Positions 47,949-60,121 of a DNA stretch of 64,000 nucleotides are shown in pieces; within the stretch, counting starts at the first letter, position 1, and every line of letters starts with the position of its first letter. Below the pieces are notes generated by a model. It was not told where the DNA came from. It saw only the letters and a program-made list of their open reading frames with translations, and made no database searches. This stretch comes from Selaginella moellendorffii (taxonomy: Eukaryota > Plantae > Lycopodiophyta), in the NCBI RefSeq assembly GCF_000143415.4, contig NW_003314400.1, positions 62,001-126,000 on the forward strand. The letters are read 5' to 3'. A program made the translations under genes and the position numbers.

Positions 47949-49563
47949 ATGGAGGGGAAGCGCAAGCTCAGCGTCGCGATCTGCCATCCCGATCTAGGAA
48001 TCGGTGAGAAATTCCAGCGATTTGTGAGCGGCTCGCCCGAATTGCGTGAATTCGCGTGTGCTTTCAGGGGGAGCAGAGCGGCTGATCGTCGACGCGGCGC
48101 TGGAGCTCAAGAACAATGGTCACGACGTCCGCGTTTTCACGGCGCATCACGATCCCCGGCGCTGTTTCGAGGAGACTGTGAATGGTAAGGACGAAAGCTT
48201 CGCTTTTTTCTCCAAGGTCGCTCCACGAATTTCTTTTCTTTTCTTTCAAGGGAGCTTTCCAGTGACAGTCTATGGAGATTTTCTGCCAAGGAACGTCTGG
48301 AACAAGCTCCACGCGATCTGTGCGTACATTCGCTGCGTCTTTGTTGCGGTGTGCATGGTTTTGTTCTGGCCAAAGTTTGACGTCGTCCTCGTCGATCAAG
48401 TCTCGGCAGTGATTCCTATACTCAAGATCAAGAGATCAAAGGTAAGTTCTGTGCTAGAAAATCCTTTGCGCTGACCTCTATCCAGTTTCTCAACAGATAG
48501 TCTTTTACTGCCACTTTCCCGATTTGCTGCTGGCTCCACACACGACGACAATCAAGAAATTGTACAGGAAGCCCATTGATTGGCTCGAAGAAACAACAAC
48601 TGGTATAAAGTCGTGTCTTCTTCGCTCTGAGCTTGTGGCTTTTGGAAAACACGTATCCATGCAGGAATGGCCGATCGGATCCTAGTGAACAGTAATTTCA
48701 CTGCGTCAACCTTCGCACGGACATTTCGAAAGCTCCACGCTCGAGGCTTGCGGCCGTCAGTTCTATACCCGGCGGTCGATGTCGAACAGTTTGCTTCGCT
48801 GCCAGAGAAAGCAAACGTGGATGGACTTCCCGCTGAAACGTAAGACTTTTGTTTTCTAGATTCTAGAAATAACTTGGTCTTGCTGCAGGCCTTTTTTCCT
48901 TTCCATCAACCGGTTCGAGAGAAAGAAGAATGTGTCTTTGGCAGTCTCTGCTTTTGACATTGTCTTGAGCCAGATCGAGAACACTCAGGTGAAGCTTGTC
49001 TTGGCTGGTATAGCGAAATTACACATCCTTCTCTTTTACTTAACAGTGTCGTTTTATCCAGGAGGATTTGATAGACGCGTCACAGAGAATTGTGAAGTTC
49101 TGGACGACTTGCAAGATCTCGCTCGCAAACTCGGGATAAGCGAGCGCGTCCTCTTTCTTCCCTCGTGCTCCACTCAAACAAGGGACGAACTCCTGGGATC
49201 TTGCGTGTGTGTCATCTACACTCCTTCGGTAAGTCGAGCTTTTGCTTTCTCTTGGAGTTTTTTTATCGGCTTTTCTCTGTGTCTGTGAAGGATGAACACT
49301 TCGGCATTGTCCCGTTGGAGGCCATGGCCGCAGGAAAACCAGTGATAGCATGTCGCAGCGGCGGACCAATGGAGAGCGTGCTGCACGCCAAGACTGGCTT
49401 CCTGTGCGACCCAAAGCCCGCGGCGTTCGCGTCGGCCATGCTCGAGTTTGTCAGGGATCCAAATCTCGCCAAGTCCATGGGAAGCTCTGCGCGGTCGCAC
49501 GTCCGGGACAGATTCTCCAGGCAAACATTTGGCAGTAGGCTTGTCCAAGAGCTCTTGTGTTAG
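47949..49563 (+). CDS. ALG2: Alpha-1,3/1,6-mannosyltransferase ALG2, multi-exon
   Basis: HPDLGIGGAERLIVDAA; FYCHFPDLLL; FLSINRFERKKN; EHFGIVPLEAM..SGGPMESV. Confidence 0.95.
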
Positions 49564-49900
49564 CTTTCGTCCAAGAGCAAAGCAAATGTTAGCGAGATTT
49601 TTTCCCAAAGCAAATGTTTGATCTTTGGCAAAGTGGAAAGCTTTGCTCCTGCAAGAGAAAATGTGAGCCCGATCGACTCCAACCAGCTTGCTCCAAGATC
49701 AGTATCCAGAGAGAAGCTTGGGAAACGGAAACAAAATCGATTTCTTTACAAGAAGAGCTCCACCCGGGAGGAATCAAAACATGAGGAGCCTGGAAGATCG
49801 GAGTGAGAAAGGAAAACCCTACAGCTCTGTGTCACGTTGCTTCCATCACTGGAAGGGAAAGAGCTTGAGGAAGAGGAAGGAGGAGGGGAGGAAGAAGAGG

Positions 49901-50149
49901 TCATTTCTTCCCCAGCCCATAGCCCAGCGCGATGGCAACAGCTCCAAGACCAAGGGCAATTCCAACGCCGATGCATGCCAGCCCATCTCCGACAGAACCG
50001 CCCAGTGACTTTCCTCCAGCAGACAGAGCTTCTTTCACCTCGAGATTCTTCGCAGCGCCCTTGAGATCAAGCGCTCCGCCCAATTTGAACATGCCGTAGC
50101 CCGCAATGGCCGTGGCGCCGATGCTGATCACAACCTGCGGGACAGACAT
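49901..50149 (-). CDS. Small (82 aa) Gly/Ala-rich membrane protein with glycine-zipper motifs
   Basis: MSVPQVVISIGATAIAGYG..GKSLGGSVGDGLACIGVGIALGLGAVAIALGYGLGKK; telo-box before the ATG; decayed duplicate nearby. Confidence 0.65.
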   Translation of the reverse strand: MSVPQVVISIGATAIAGYGMFKLGGALDLKGAAKNLEVKEALSAGGKSLGGSVGDGLACIGVGIALGLGAVAIALGYGLGKK

Positions 50150-50463
50150 TGCGAAAACCCTAAGACTGAGATGTTTAATCACAACATATATACCCAGAAT
50201 GATCTGTTGTTCCCACGCGGGAGGAGCGTGATGACGTGGACAAGCTAAACGACAAGAAAAAGGGCAGAGAATTTTAATCTTTTTTAGGTAGCGCAAATGC
50301 CTGAGATTCGAACTCTCGCGTGGTAGCATGTATTACACGGACTAGGATGGCAACAGCATATTTTGTTTGAATTAATGATCTAGCATTCTTTTGTGTCATT
50401 TTATCCAGTCTTGCAAAATTTTGTGCTCCACTCAACTAGGATCTTGTATGTGTGTTAAAGTTA

Positions 50464-50730
50464 CTTGAGTTCTTATTGGCTTTTCTATCTGGTTGTGAAG
50501 GATGGACACTTTCACCTTGGCATTGCCATCATTGCATGCCATGGCATGGCCACAATGAGCATGTCAAAGTAGTGGACTAATGGAGAGCATATTGCATTAA
50601 GTGCTTTGCATTTGAGAGTGAAAGGGGATAAAGGTTTTTCTTTATCTTATAGTTTTACTGCAGGTGCCCTATATAAGCTGCATTTATGTCAGTTATGCTT
50701 GAGTTTATCAAGGATCCTAATCTTGCTGAA
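50464..50730 (+). pseudogene. Decayed duplicate of the ALG2 last intron/exon
   Basis: Aligns to 49250-49470. Confidence 0.65.
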
Positions 50731-50971
50731 GTACATAAGAAGTTTAGATATCTCATGAAAGATAAAAACAAGTAAAGCATGTAAGTGGATTTCCTCTTCG
50801 GAAAACTTGTGAGACATTAGATTTCTCTCACAAGTTCTTAATACTTAATGAATATTTACAAGTACTATAACACGATGATTAAATTAAGTTAAACCATACT
50901 AAAAAATAGCCTCAAATTAAATGATGAAAGCAAATTATTTTGGTATGATTGGCAGCAACTAAGAAGGCAAG

Positions 50972-51223
50972 CATTTCTTCCCCAGTCCATAGCCCAGCGC
51001 AATGGCAACAGCTCCAAGACCGATAGCAAGTCCAACCCGATGCATGCCAGCCCATCCCATGCAGCTCCTTGCATGTCGACAGAAGTGCCCAGTGACTTCC
51101 CTCCAGTAGAAAGAGTTTCTTTCACTTCCACATTCTTTGAAACACTCTTAAGATGAAGCTGTAGCCTGCAATGATCGTGGCAATCGTGGCCCCGATGCTG
51201 ATCACAACTTGCCAGGAACACAT
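50972..51223 (-). pseudogene. Frameshifted duplicate of the 82-aa glycine-zipper gene
   Basis: KNVEVKETLSTGGKSLG..DGLACIG; upstream aaaaccctaa..tgagatgtttaatca also conserved. Confidence 0.8.
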
Positions 51224-51299
51224 TGCAAAAACCCTAAAATTGAGATGTTTAATCATTCTTCTAGGCATGTCAACCCTCAAAAGAAAGAAAAATTAGAAA

Positions 51300-54200
51300 A
51301 ACCAAGAAAAATAAGTAAAGATGGAAAGATCTCACTACCAAAAGAGCAAATAGTGCAAGTGGCTTCTATGAAAGTGATGATGATGGAAGCATTCCAGGAG
51401 GACACAAGGCATCCTGTAGAAGGCCTGAAATGTTGCTGAAATTGGCTGAATCACCCTGAAGTGTTAGATCACCTTGAGAATGCCTGAAGTGGCAAATAGT
51501 GTCACTGTAAGAGAATCTAGGATGCTAGCATTGCCTGGAAGGATGGAAGCCTTCTCAAGATGGTAGAAATTGTCTCTAGAGAGTTGAAGAAATTGTCATG
51601 TGTTGTTGATGAAGATCTGGTGGCCAGATGAAGTGTCAACAATGTCAAAAAATGCCTTGAGTGTTGTAGCAAGATGAAATCATGACCTAGCCATGAACCT
51701 GAGTCTGGGAAGAGCTGAAACGAGGTGTCAAGTTGGGAGAATCTCCAAGGAAAAGTCGAAATGCTGCTGGAAAATGCCCACCACCTTTATGTCATGGTTG
51801 TATCCCAAGTGAGTAGCAAGGCTAGATTGCAGCTCTAGAGTGAGAAGCACCACCACAAGAGTAGTCATTAAGCTAGAGAGTCAAAAGTGTACTCAAAGAG
51901 ACTGAAGAAGTCATACTCTCCAAAGTGTTGTTGATGCCTTGTATGTTAGTTTCATTGACAGCTCCAAAGTTGCCATGTACCACATGAAACTACTCCATCT
52001 CAATGTGGTTGCCAAGCTTCCAAGGTTGCATGGTAAAGTACATGCATATTGGGGAATTCCCTATAAAGGTAGAGTTAATATGCAATAAGAAACTTAGGGG
52101 TGGATATAAGCTCCACATGTAAGCTCCACCCTATGAGAACAAGTCAAAAAATTCATGACTACAGCAAATACCACTCCTAGGCATTTGCTAGAGGCAATTG
52201 AAGATAGTTGCTTCTCTAGAAGAAAGTGGTCAAATAGTGGTTTTTCAATCCCAATAGCCACTACTCATCAGCTTCATCTGCAAGAACTGCTTCTGGATCC
52301 CCCACAACAACAAATGTGTCACAAACTCATATCTTGTGGTTGTTGATGTCCAAGTTTAAATGCAATGCATCCAAACTCTGTGTTGGTGTTGAGAGATCCT
52401 CGGTATGGGTCCCTTGTGACTTCTCAAATGGTCCTGGAGTTGGAAAAGTGCCTGGAAAATCCACCACTTGGACAAATTCCTCACTGTGCTACAGTGAAGG
52501 AATCAATGTGAAATCCCCAGATTTATTGAAGCACAAGGATCTCTAAAATTTTGTAGTGATGGCAGAGAATTCAAGTGTTGACGTAGTCTAGTCCATGTTG
52601 AAGAAGTCAATCATATTGCACTCAACAACTTGGATCTTTGGCAGTGTGTCATCCTCGATAAGTTCTGGGAAAAGAACCTTGAGAGCTTGGTCAACTTCAG
52701 TGATGGAAGAAGCATCCACTTGAGACAAGCTGGATGGAAGTATAGAAAGACTATGGGCATTGAAAAGAGATTTTGGACACCATCGGTGATCGTTAATTCT
52801 CCTTTGGCCCAAGTTGTTGTGCAAGTAGTAGCGAGATGCCACGGACATCCCAGGATGGAGTCCTTCAACTTCCTAGATACTAGCTGGTAGAAGTCCATAA
52901 CAAGGAAATCCAGCATGGAAACCACTCCTTGCACTGAGATCTTAACATTTTGGCAGATGCCCGCTAGGACTGTTGAGTGATTGCAAATGTTTTGAGGATG
53001 CAGTTGTGTTAACAGCCACTTCCAAACCACTAGAGTGTGCCAAGTCAAGGGAAATGATGTTGCTCTAGGATCCAAAATCAAATAATGCTTGTGTTGTCAA
53101 GGATTTATCACTGATCTAGACCTCTGCAAAGAATGCTCCGGGATCTTGAGTGGTCTGAGTGTTGACAATATGCACATTATGCTAAGGTTACATGGGGATA
53201 CCTGAGGACTTGGCAAAATCCTCCATCTAAGAAGGAAAACCAAGTATGCATTGCAATTGGATTGGAGTGCCAGCAATCTAAGCAAGAACCTTCTGTAGGA
53301 CCTGAGAAAGAGTGAAGGGCAGCTGGGAGACCCCACCCAAAAAGTCAAATGAATTTTCAGTTGTTGGATCCAAAGTTGTGGCCAAGGATGTGAGTAGTGC
53401 TGCAAATACCGAAGCATGGGGTAATTTGCACGCTATGAGAGATGGTGAAGTTCTGGAAATTGGAGCTAGATCCTTCAATATCTAGGGCTGGTGGAGAAAC
53501 TTTCTTGTGCCCCCTAGTCACTGCAACCATTTTATAACTGTCCTCTACAATGTAAACTATGCTTACATGCATTGGTGTCTTCCCACAGCTCGAAGAAAGG
53601 GTGTCTTCAATCACTTTTTGCTTTAGTTGTTGCTAGTATCTATTTGTTGGCCATGGAAGAGATGTATTGTCTGCTAAAGGCTGTTGCTAAACACGCTAAA
53701 CAAAAGGTGGCTGAAGTTCTAGGTGAAGCTTCCAACATCTCTTTATGCTATACGTTGTAACATTGCAATGCAAGCAATACCAAGAATGAGAAGGGTGTCT
53801 TAGTCTTTCTACTTGTTGTAAGTGGCATGCTCTACACTCCTTAAGTAGCTTCTCCTACATTTGTTGCTACTACTAGATGATCTCCTTGTATCTTGCAAGT
53901 TTTGACAATGCCTTCTTGATTACTAAATCATTCTTGTGCAAGGCTAGAGAAGAACAAACCACAGCAACACATAAGCTCTCATCTGAGGGTGGGAGGAAAG
54001 CCTCATCTACTTTGGAAATCTTGAGCTCTTAGAGAAGATCTAGTTCCAAAGGCTCTACTATAGCAAACCTTCCGCTAAACAAATTCCTGCAAACAAATCT
54101 ATGAGTAAGCAATTCGCCAATTGCTACTAATCAAAGTGACCCCAGAAAGATGCTTTGAATATGGAGTAGTTAGCCATGTCTGCGTCTAAGAGAGTGCTTA

Positions 54201-55000
54201 CTCATGCTGCTGCTTGGCTAGTAAATGATTATGAGAAGTTGTGGAACTTGTGATTATCCTCGACAATACCATTCAATATGCAATATTGCTCGAAATGAAT
54301 GATATGTGTCTTGGTAGAGATGTCACCATGTCAGTGCCAGAATTGCGAGCTTAGAGTGCTAGAAATTTGTCATGAAAACAAAGGAACACAATAAACAAAA
54401 CTTCATGCATGTGGCCAAATACTCTGAGAAAAATCACTCTTTAGCTCATTGCAAAGAGGATGCCATGGTGCACAAGAAAGAAAAACCAGAATTGATACCC
54501 CAATCACGAGAAATCGTTAGAAGAGGGTAATGTAAAAAATGAATACAGGAATGAGAAAATCTTTAAGCTAGAATTCAAGATCTCTCTCAATTTCCCAAGA
54601 AAACTTTCCATTCTCTTAAGAAAACTAAATTAGCTTGTCACACCAGGTTCATTAACTGTTGGGGCATCTTTTACCCAACCATTGATCCATCCCTCCAATA
54701 AATGCTCGCAAACTTGTAGATCCAAACTCAAGTGTAAGAGGAAATGGAAAGGAACCCAATTTTCAAGCCTCTCATGGGCTTATATACAAGGATGAGAGAA
54801 TATTATAAGGATATGGAATATTTCCTATGCTCTCTCAAGCTAGAATCTAAGCCATGATGCGAGGAGAAAGCAGTAATGAGCTAGTGTCCAACAAACACAC
54901 TTCAGAGAGGCAACACTTTACTATAGACTATGCCATGTCCACACCATGGAGGATAGTTAGACCATGAATGAATGCCTACTTAGGCATTCTACAAGCCAAT
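51300..55000 (-). mobile_element. Degenerate LTR-retrotransposon relic (protease-like segment); limits uncertain
   Basis: ..DFLVMD..SILGCPW protease C-terminal-like motif (52611-53081); fragmented ORFs; low CpG. Confidence 0.4.
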
Positions 55001-56127
55001 TACCAACTCACCTCCCATCCTGGGGTTGAAATGCATGGATGGAGTGGTGGTGGAAGATTAATAAGGGATGCAACATCTTGCCTAAGATTTGTACCAAACA
55101 TTGTATATGGCACAGCCATGGACCACAGCAAAGGAATTGTATTTCCCAATCCACCTAATCATATGTCTTCTCAAAGCCAAGAAGCCATATCACAATTTGT
55201 TGGAGGATAGTTGGACCATGAACAAACACCTACTTAGGCATTTTATAAGAGCAATTGACCAGTCACTGACTCACTCAAATTCAAACTCAAAAATTGATGT
55301 AGCTAGGAGGGAAACTTCCTTAAAAATCCATTATAAATCCTATTGTGGGTTTGATGCCAATCACTCTATGCTATCTAAAGGGGAGAGCATAGTTGAAGTA
55401 TTTGGATTGTGTTCTCCAACATTATATGATCCATTTTCTTAATACCCCTAGGATATTTCTTTGCTTATAAGGATTTGTGAATCCCTTGAAGGACTTGGGG
55501 TGAGTACAACTTGAGGACTTCAAAAATAATTCTCTTAATAAGCACTTGTTTTTATGCTAGTAAGCTCATTTCTTTTCCACAAGATTTTCTAACTCATAGC
55601 AAGTTTTTGAAGCTGTCAAAGAGTGAGAAAAATATGACTGTAGATGTTACTTGCCTAGTTGTTATCCTGATAAGGCAATAAGCTTAGAAACATCTAGGAT
55701 AAAAGAAAAATGACTGATCAAAAGGGGATACAATAGTCTAGTCTTCAGAAATTAAAATATTGTAAATCATAAGATACATCCACCAACCTTGCCATATGTG
55801 CTGCCAAATCATGGAAAAAAACAAAAGTTATAAGATCTAAAGGACAGAATGAGCTGTTAGGTTGGCATTATATGTCACAGATGTCAGGTATATACAATCA
55901 GCTCGACGATTTCATCTATTGGGCAGCACAAGAAATAGATTACAGATTAGCTTGAATTTGACTATTAACAATAGGGTTTTTAAACATCGTACAGTACAAC
56001 TTGAACTGTACTAAACACAACTTCATCCATCTATCCTTTCTTTTGTCTTTTTTTCCCTTTTTCATTTCTTTATCTAAATTGCTATAAGTATAATAATATG
56101 TAGCTTGTTAAACTTAGATTATTTGTA

Positions 56128-57015
56128 ATGAAAATTGCATTCACTATAAGTTTTATTGTTCTACTTTCATTTAAATTTTCTTATGAACACTTTGACTATG
56201 AAACTGGAGAATTGGATGCTATAAGTGAAAATAGTGTACATGATATCATACGGGCTATTATAAATTCCATTAATAATATACCAAATAGTGTACTTCCACT
56301 AAGACAAAGTTTACATGGACAAGTAATTGTTGGAGAAACTCAAACTTATATTGGATTTGGTGTTTTTATATTAGAATCTGTTAGAAATCTTTGTACTATA
56401 AATTCTGAAGAAGGTCATGAATCAGGAACTATTATTAGAAATTCATTACATCAAATTATAAATGATTCTATTGAGGACATGATAAGTTTTGCAGCCTCAT
56501 TTATTATTATAAATACTGAGCATTTTTTGATATATTATTTTGTTAGAAATTACAATAATCAATTGCACCATAGAAGACAACAAGGTTTATTACAAAATAA
56601 TAAATGTAACATTTTTTCAAGCTTGTTGTTAAGTGGCTACAAAAATATGCCCCATCAATATTTATTATCTTCTCAATTTTTAATTTCTTCAAATAATAAG
56701 GCATATTTATATTTAAGTATTGATTGTAACTTATTAATATATGTGGGTGAAAAAATATTATGGTCTACAAATACTTCAGGAAAAGGAATTAACTGTATTC
56801 TAAGATTACAAGAAGATGGAAACTTAGTTTTATATTCTTATAATTGGAAAGTTGTTTGGTCATCAGACACTTATTGCACTTCTTATAAATGTTATAAGGA
56901 TACATATTTAATTATGCAAAATGATTGTAATTTAGTTTTATATATTGGATATTTAAAAGTTTTTAGCACTAATCCTGAATTAAAATATGTGTGGGACTCA
57001 AAATCTGTCTGCTAA
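56128..57015 (+). CDS. Secreted chimeric protein: signal peptide + unknown domain + GNA/bulb-type mannose-binding lectin domain
   Basis: Hydrophobic N-terminus MKIAFTISFIVLLSF; QEDGNLVLY and QNDCNLVLY (QxDxNxVxY), degenerate SIDCNLLIY, WSTNT/WSSDT; intact 295-aa ORF. Confidence 0.85.
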   Translation: MKIAFTISFIVLLSFKFSYEHFDYETGELDAISENSVHDIIRAIINSINNIPNSVLPLRQSLHGQVIVGETQTYIGFGVFILESVRNLCTINSEEGHESGTIIRNSLHQIINDSIEDMISFAASFIIINTEHFLIYYFVRNYNNQLHHRRQQGLLQNNKCNIFSSLLLSGYKNMPHQYLLSSQFLISSNNKAYLYLSIDCNLLIYVGEKILWSTNTSGKGINCILRLQEDGNLVLYSYNWKVVWSSDTYCTSYKCYKDTYLIMQNDCNLVLYIGYLKVFSTNPELKYVWDSKSVC

Positions 57016-57023
57016 TATATATA

Positions 57024-57057
<34 letters not shown>
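57014..57057 (+). repeat. (TA)n microsatellite
   Basis: Directly visible. Confidence 0.95.
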
Positions 57058-57058
<1 letters not shown>

Positions 57059-57067
57059 CTAGGGTTG

Positions 57068-58295
57068 ATGGCGAGAAGGATTCTGCAGTGCACTGCCAAA
57101 GCTAAGAACCTGTTCTACAACAGAAAAAAAGGAGCTTGATGATCTCACTAAGCTGTACAAAACCGGTAGTATGGTGTTGATCACTGGTCCACAGGACTCA
57201 GGGAACAGAGTTTGCGAGGAGGCAGGAGATAAGTGGCCAAGGCCACCCTATCTACCTCAACATGAGGGCAGGAACATTCAGCACTGCAGCCAACTTTGCG
57301 AAGGAGCTCAAGTCTCAGCTGAATCCCTTTCTGGCAGCAGCGGCCGAGTATGCCAAGACCATCCCAACGGCGGACAATGTTGCAGCCTCTGCAGGTGGGC
57401 TAAGCGAACACATTCAAGCTGTGGAGCGCACTCTAGATACAGATTTCCAGGCTTTATTGAAAAGCATCCGCGGCCTTCTATTCTCTTGGAGACGACGTTT
57501 AACATCTCGCAAAGACGTGGCCCTCCCGACCTTGATCATTGACGAGGCACACAGACTCCTCGAATGGAGCCTCGCACCGGAGGAGCAACAACACCTGAAG
57601 ACCTTGATGGCTTATTTCATCATGATTACCAAGGAGCGCCAGGAGGCCAATGTGATTCTCTGCACCTCGGAAGACTTCTTCAGATTCTGGCTTGACTCGC
57701 GTGTTGGCCCCGAGAGGTATCAGCCGAGGATGGTCGGTGACCTTACTGAGGAGCAGGCTCGGGAATTTTTCCTGATGGCATTACTTGACGGCTGGGTTGC
57801 TGATGGATACAAGTTTCCCGAGGATTTGTGGAAGGAGATCTTTTCTCTCGTTGGTGGAAGAACGTTGCTCTTAAGTCGGCTGGCGCTGAATCTGAGTTCG
57901 TATCTGGAGGACGAGTCTCTTTTACGAAAAGCATGGGCGTCTGAATGCAAGATACTGGTGGATGCAACTCGCCAGCAAGTTGAAATGGGCTTCGGACCTA
58001 TGGACTTTCAAGGCAACTTGGATAGGGATAGACTGTGCTGGAACATCGAAGACTACGAAACAGTGTTGAGGGAACTGTCACGGGCTGAGGGTGGTGTCGT
58101 GTCTGTGCATTACCTCACGGGCTACAAAATAGTTTCCGAGGCGGCTCTCCACAGCTTGGTATAGCACAACTTCCTGCACTATCGTTCTTCCTTGTGTCCG
58201 TGGGCGGACGACTTGGCATGGTACAAAGGAAAGTGGCCTATTGTCATGGCCCCGTCCCTTCCGCGTTTCCATGCGATGGTGTCAATCATAGAGGT
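57068..58295 (+). pseudogene. STAND-like/archaeal-type (ATPase_2-like) P-loop ATPase pseudogene
   Basis: FYNRKKEL.. pre-Walker motif; Walker A LITGPQDSG(K)T broken by a frameshift; Walker B LIIDEAH; VGDLTEEQAREF; VGGR; premature TAG at 58162. Confidence 0.75.
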
Positions 58296-58524
58296 AAGAT
58301 GTTGCTCTTTTAGCTTTTCTACGACATAACAATGTGTGTCTACACAGGAACGTGCTAAATGTGCTATGTAACAGGTATTCCAAATTACTTCCATATCAAG
58401 TTTTCTGATTCTAATCACACAAGTATTTCTTTCTATTTCATTTCATGTTAAACACTTGTTTATGAATGAGGTTTAAGCTAGATCAGGGGAATGGAGGGGA
58501 AACATTACCATCCCGTTTGCTCCT

Positions 58525-58690
58525 TTGAATGGAGCTTTCCAGTGACAATATGGAGGTTTTCTGCCAAGGAACGTCCAAGCTCCATGCAATCTGTGCATAC
58601 ATTTGCTCATAATTTTGTTCTGGCCAAAGTTTGCCGTTGTCCTCGTTGATCAAGTCGATTCCTATATTCAAGATCAAGAGATCAAAAGTT
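58525..58690 (+). pseudogene. Isolated decayed copy of ALG2 exon 3
   Basis: Aligns to 48250-48441 with small deletions. Confidence 0.8.
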
Positions 58691-58896
58691 AATAGAATGA
58701 TCTTTATCCATCAACATATTTTAAAATCTCAAGAGTTTAGAAAAATGGAAACCGACATCCCAAGCAATGTTTCCTGAACTTGTTAGCTCCAGCGAATCCA
58801 GCCTTCTTTGTAGCATAACTGATATTTGAGATAGGACGTGTCCATTTGCAAGATGGAGAAAATGGACTTAGTTGAATTAATTGTTATATCCAAAAG

Positions 58897-58968
58897 GTGG
58901 CTGTAGTTTAGTGGTGAGAATTCCATGTTGTGGCCGTGGAGACTTGGGCTCGAATCCCAGCAGCCACA
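58897..58968 (+). tRNA. trnH-GUG: tRNA-His(GTG), possibly a pseudo-tRNA
   Basis: GTGGCTG/CAGCCAC acceptor stem; GTG anticodon 58930-58932; TCGAATCCC T-arm; TTTT just downstream. Confidence 0.9.
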
Positions 58969-59054
58969 CTCATTTTGTTAGCCCATCTAGCCTTGACTAA
59001 TGCTGACTAGGAATCACTGGCTTCAGCTGATGCAGTCATGCAGCTCGGTATCCA

Positions 59055-59400
59055 ATGCAAGACAGATCTATTCAAGCCTACCCACCTCTGATATCAAGCC
59101 TACCCACCTCTGATATTTACTTGGCAAACAAGCTCGTAGAAATGTATGGAAGATGCGGCAGCCATTATCATGCCCAGCTAGTCTTTGATCAAATCCAGCC
59201 AAAAGACTCATTCAGCTGGGATTTGATGCTCACTGCTGACCTGAGAAACGGGAGCTTTGACGAGGCCAAGCGGTTCTTCAGCTCCATTCCTCACAAAACT
59301 GCTGTTGCAAGGACTGTGATGCTGAATGTATTTGCCAAAAACAGGGATCTCCTGCAGGCCAAAGAGATTTTTGATCGTATGCCTGAGAGAGATTTTGGTA
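59055..59400 (+). pseudogene. PLS PPR N-terminal fragment
   Basis: DIYLANKLVEMYGRCGS..AQLVFDQI..IFDRMPERD, then truncated; internal ~21-bp tandem duplication. Confidence 0.75.
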
Positions 59401-60121
59401 GCTCTCTCCAAACAATGTGATATACTTCCACCAAGAACCCTAAAATCAATAATAAAGCTGTATAGAATGTTCTTCGCACGCTCTTCAATCCAATCCACGC
59501 CAACAACACCGTCACGATCGCCAGATCACGCGTCCTCCCCAAGATCCTCCGTGAATTCCAGGTCCTATCGAGCGAGGTGCTGTGGAAGCATGCCTCCATG
59601 CGGGGGATGTCGAGCGTGGAGCACATGGAGCTGGTGATCCAGTGGATGGCCGAGAGGGGCCAGATCTGCATTGTCCCGGCCAGTGATTTTTATGCTTCTA
59701 GGTGCACTGTTCTTGCAGTGGAAGAGTGAGGATTCACCTGGCAATTGTGCACAAAGGAGGCAGATTAGGAAGCAGAAGAAGAGGAGTGGCGTGCCTAGGA
59801 TCTTCGGGGATGTGAGAGATTTTAGGGTTCTTGAGGATTCAGGATTTTAGGGTTCTTGAGATTTAGGGTTCTTGGATGATCAATCAGGGAGAATGCTGTT
59901 CCCATCGATTGCTCAGCGGATGTGGCATTTCCGTCCGCGGGTAGCGCTGGGCGACACAAAGACTTTCACGTGACTGGTGACTGACATCCTGTGTGAGCAC
60001 GAGATAGTGATGGTGGATGAGTGCTGGGGGCATTTGCAAGAGCAAGTAGAGCATGGGGAGCTCAAGAGTAAGCACCACATGAGGCAGCTGCTGCAGTGGA
60101 TGGGCGATATGTAGATTCTGC

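Noticed and set aside
59820-59875. Interstitial telomere
   Set aside because: Only three spaced TTTAGGGTTCTTG units; better read as telo-box-containing short repeats
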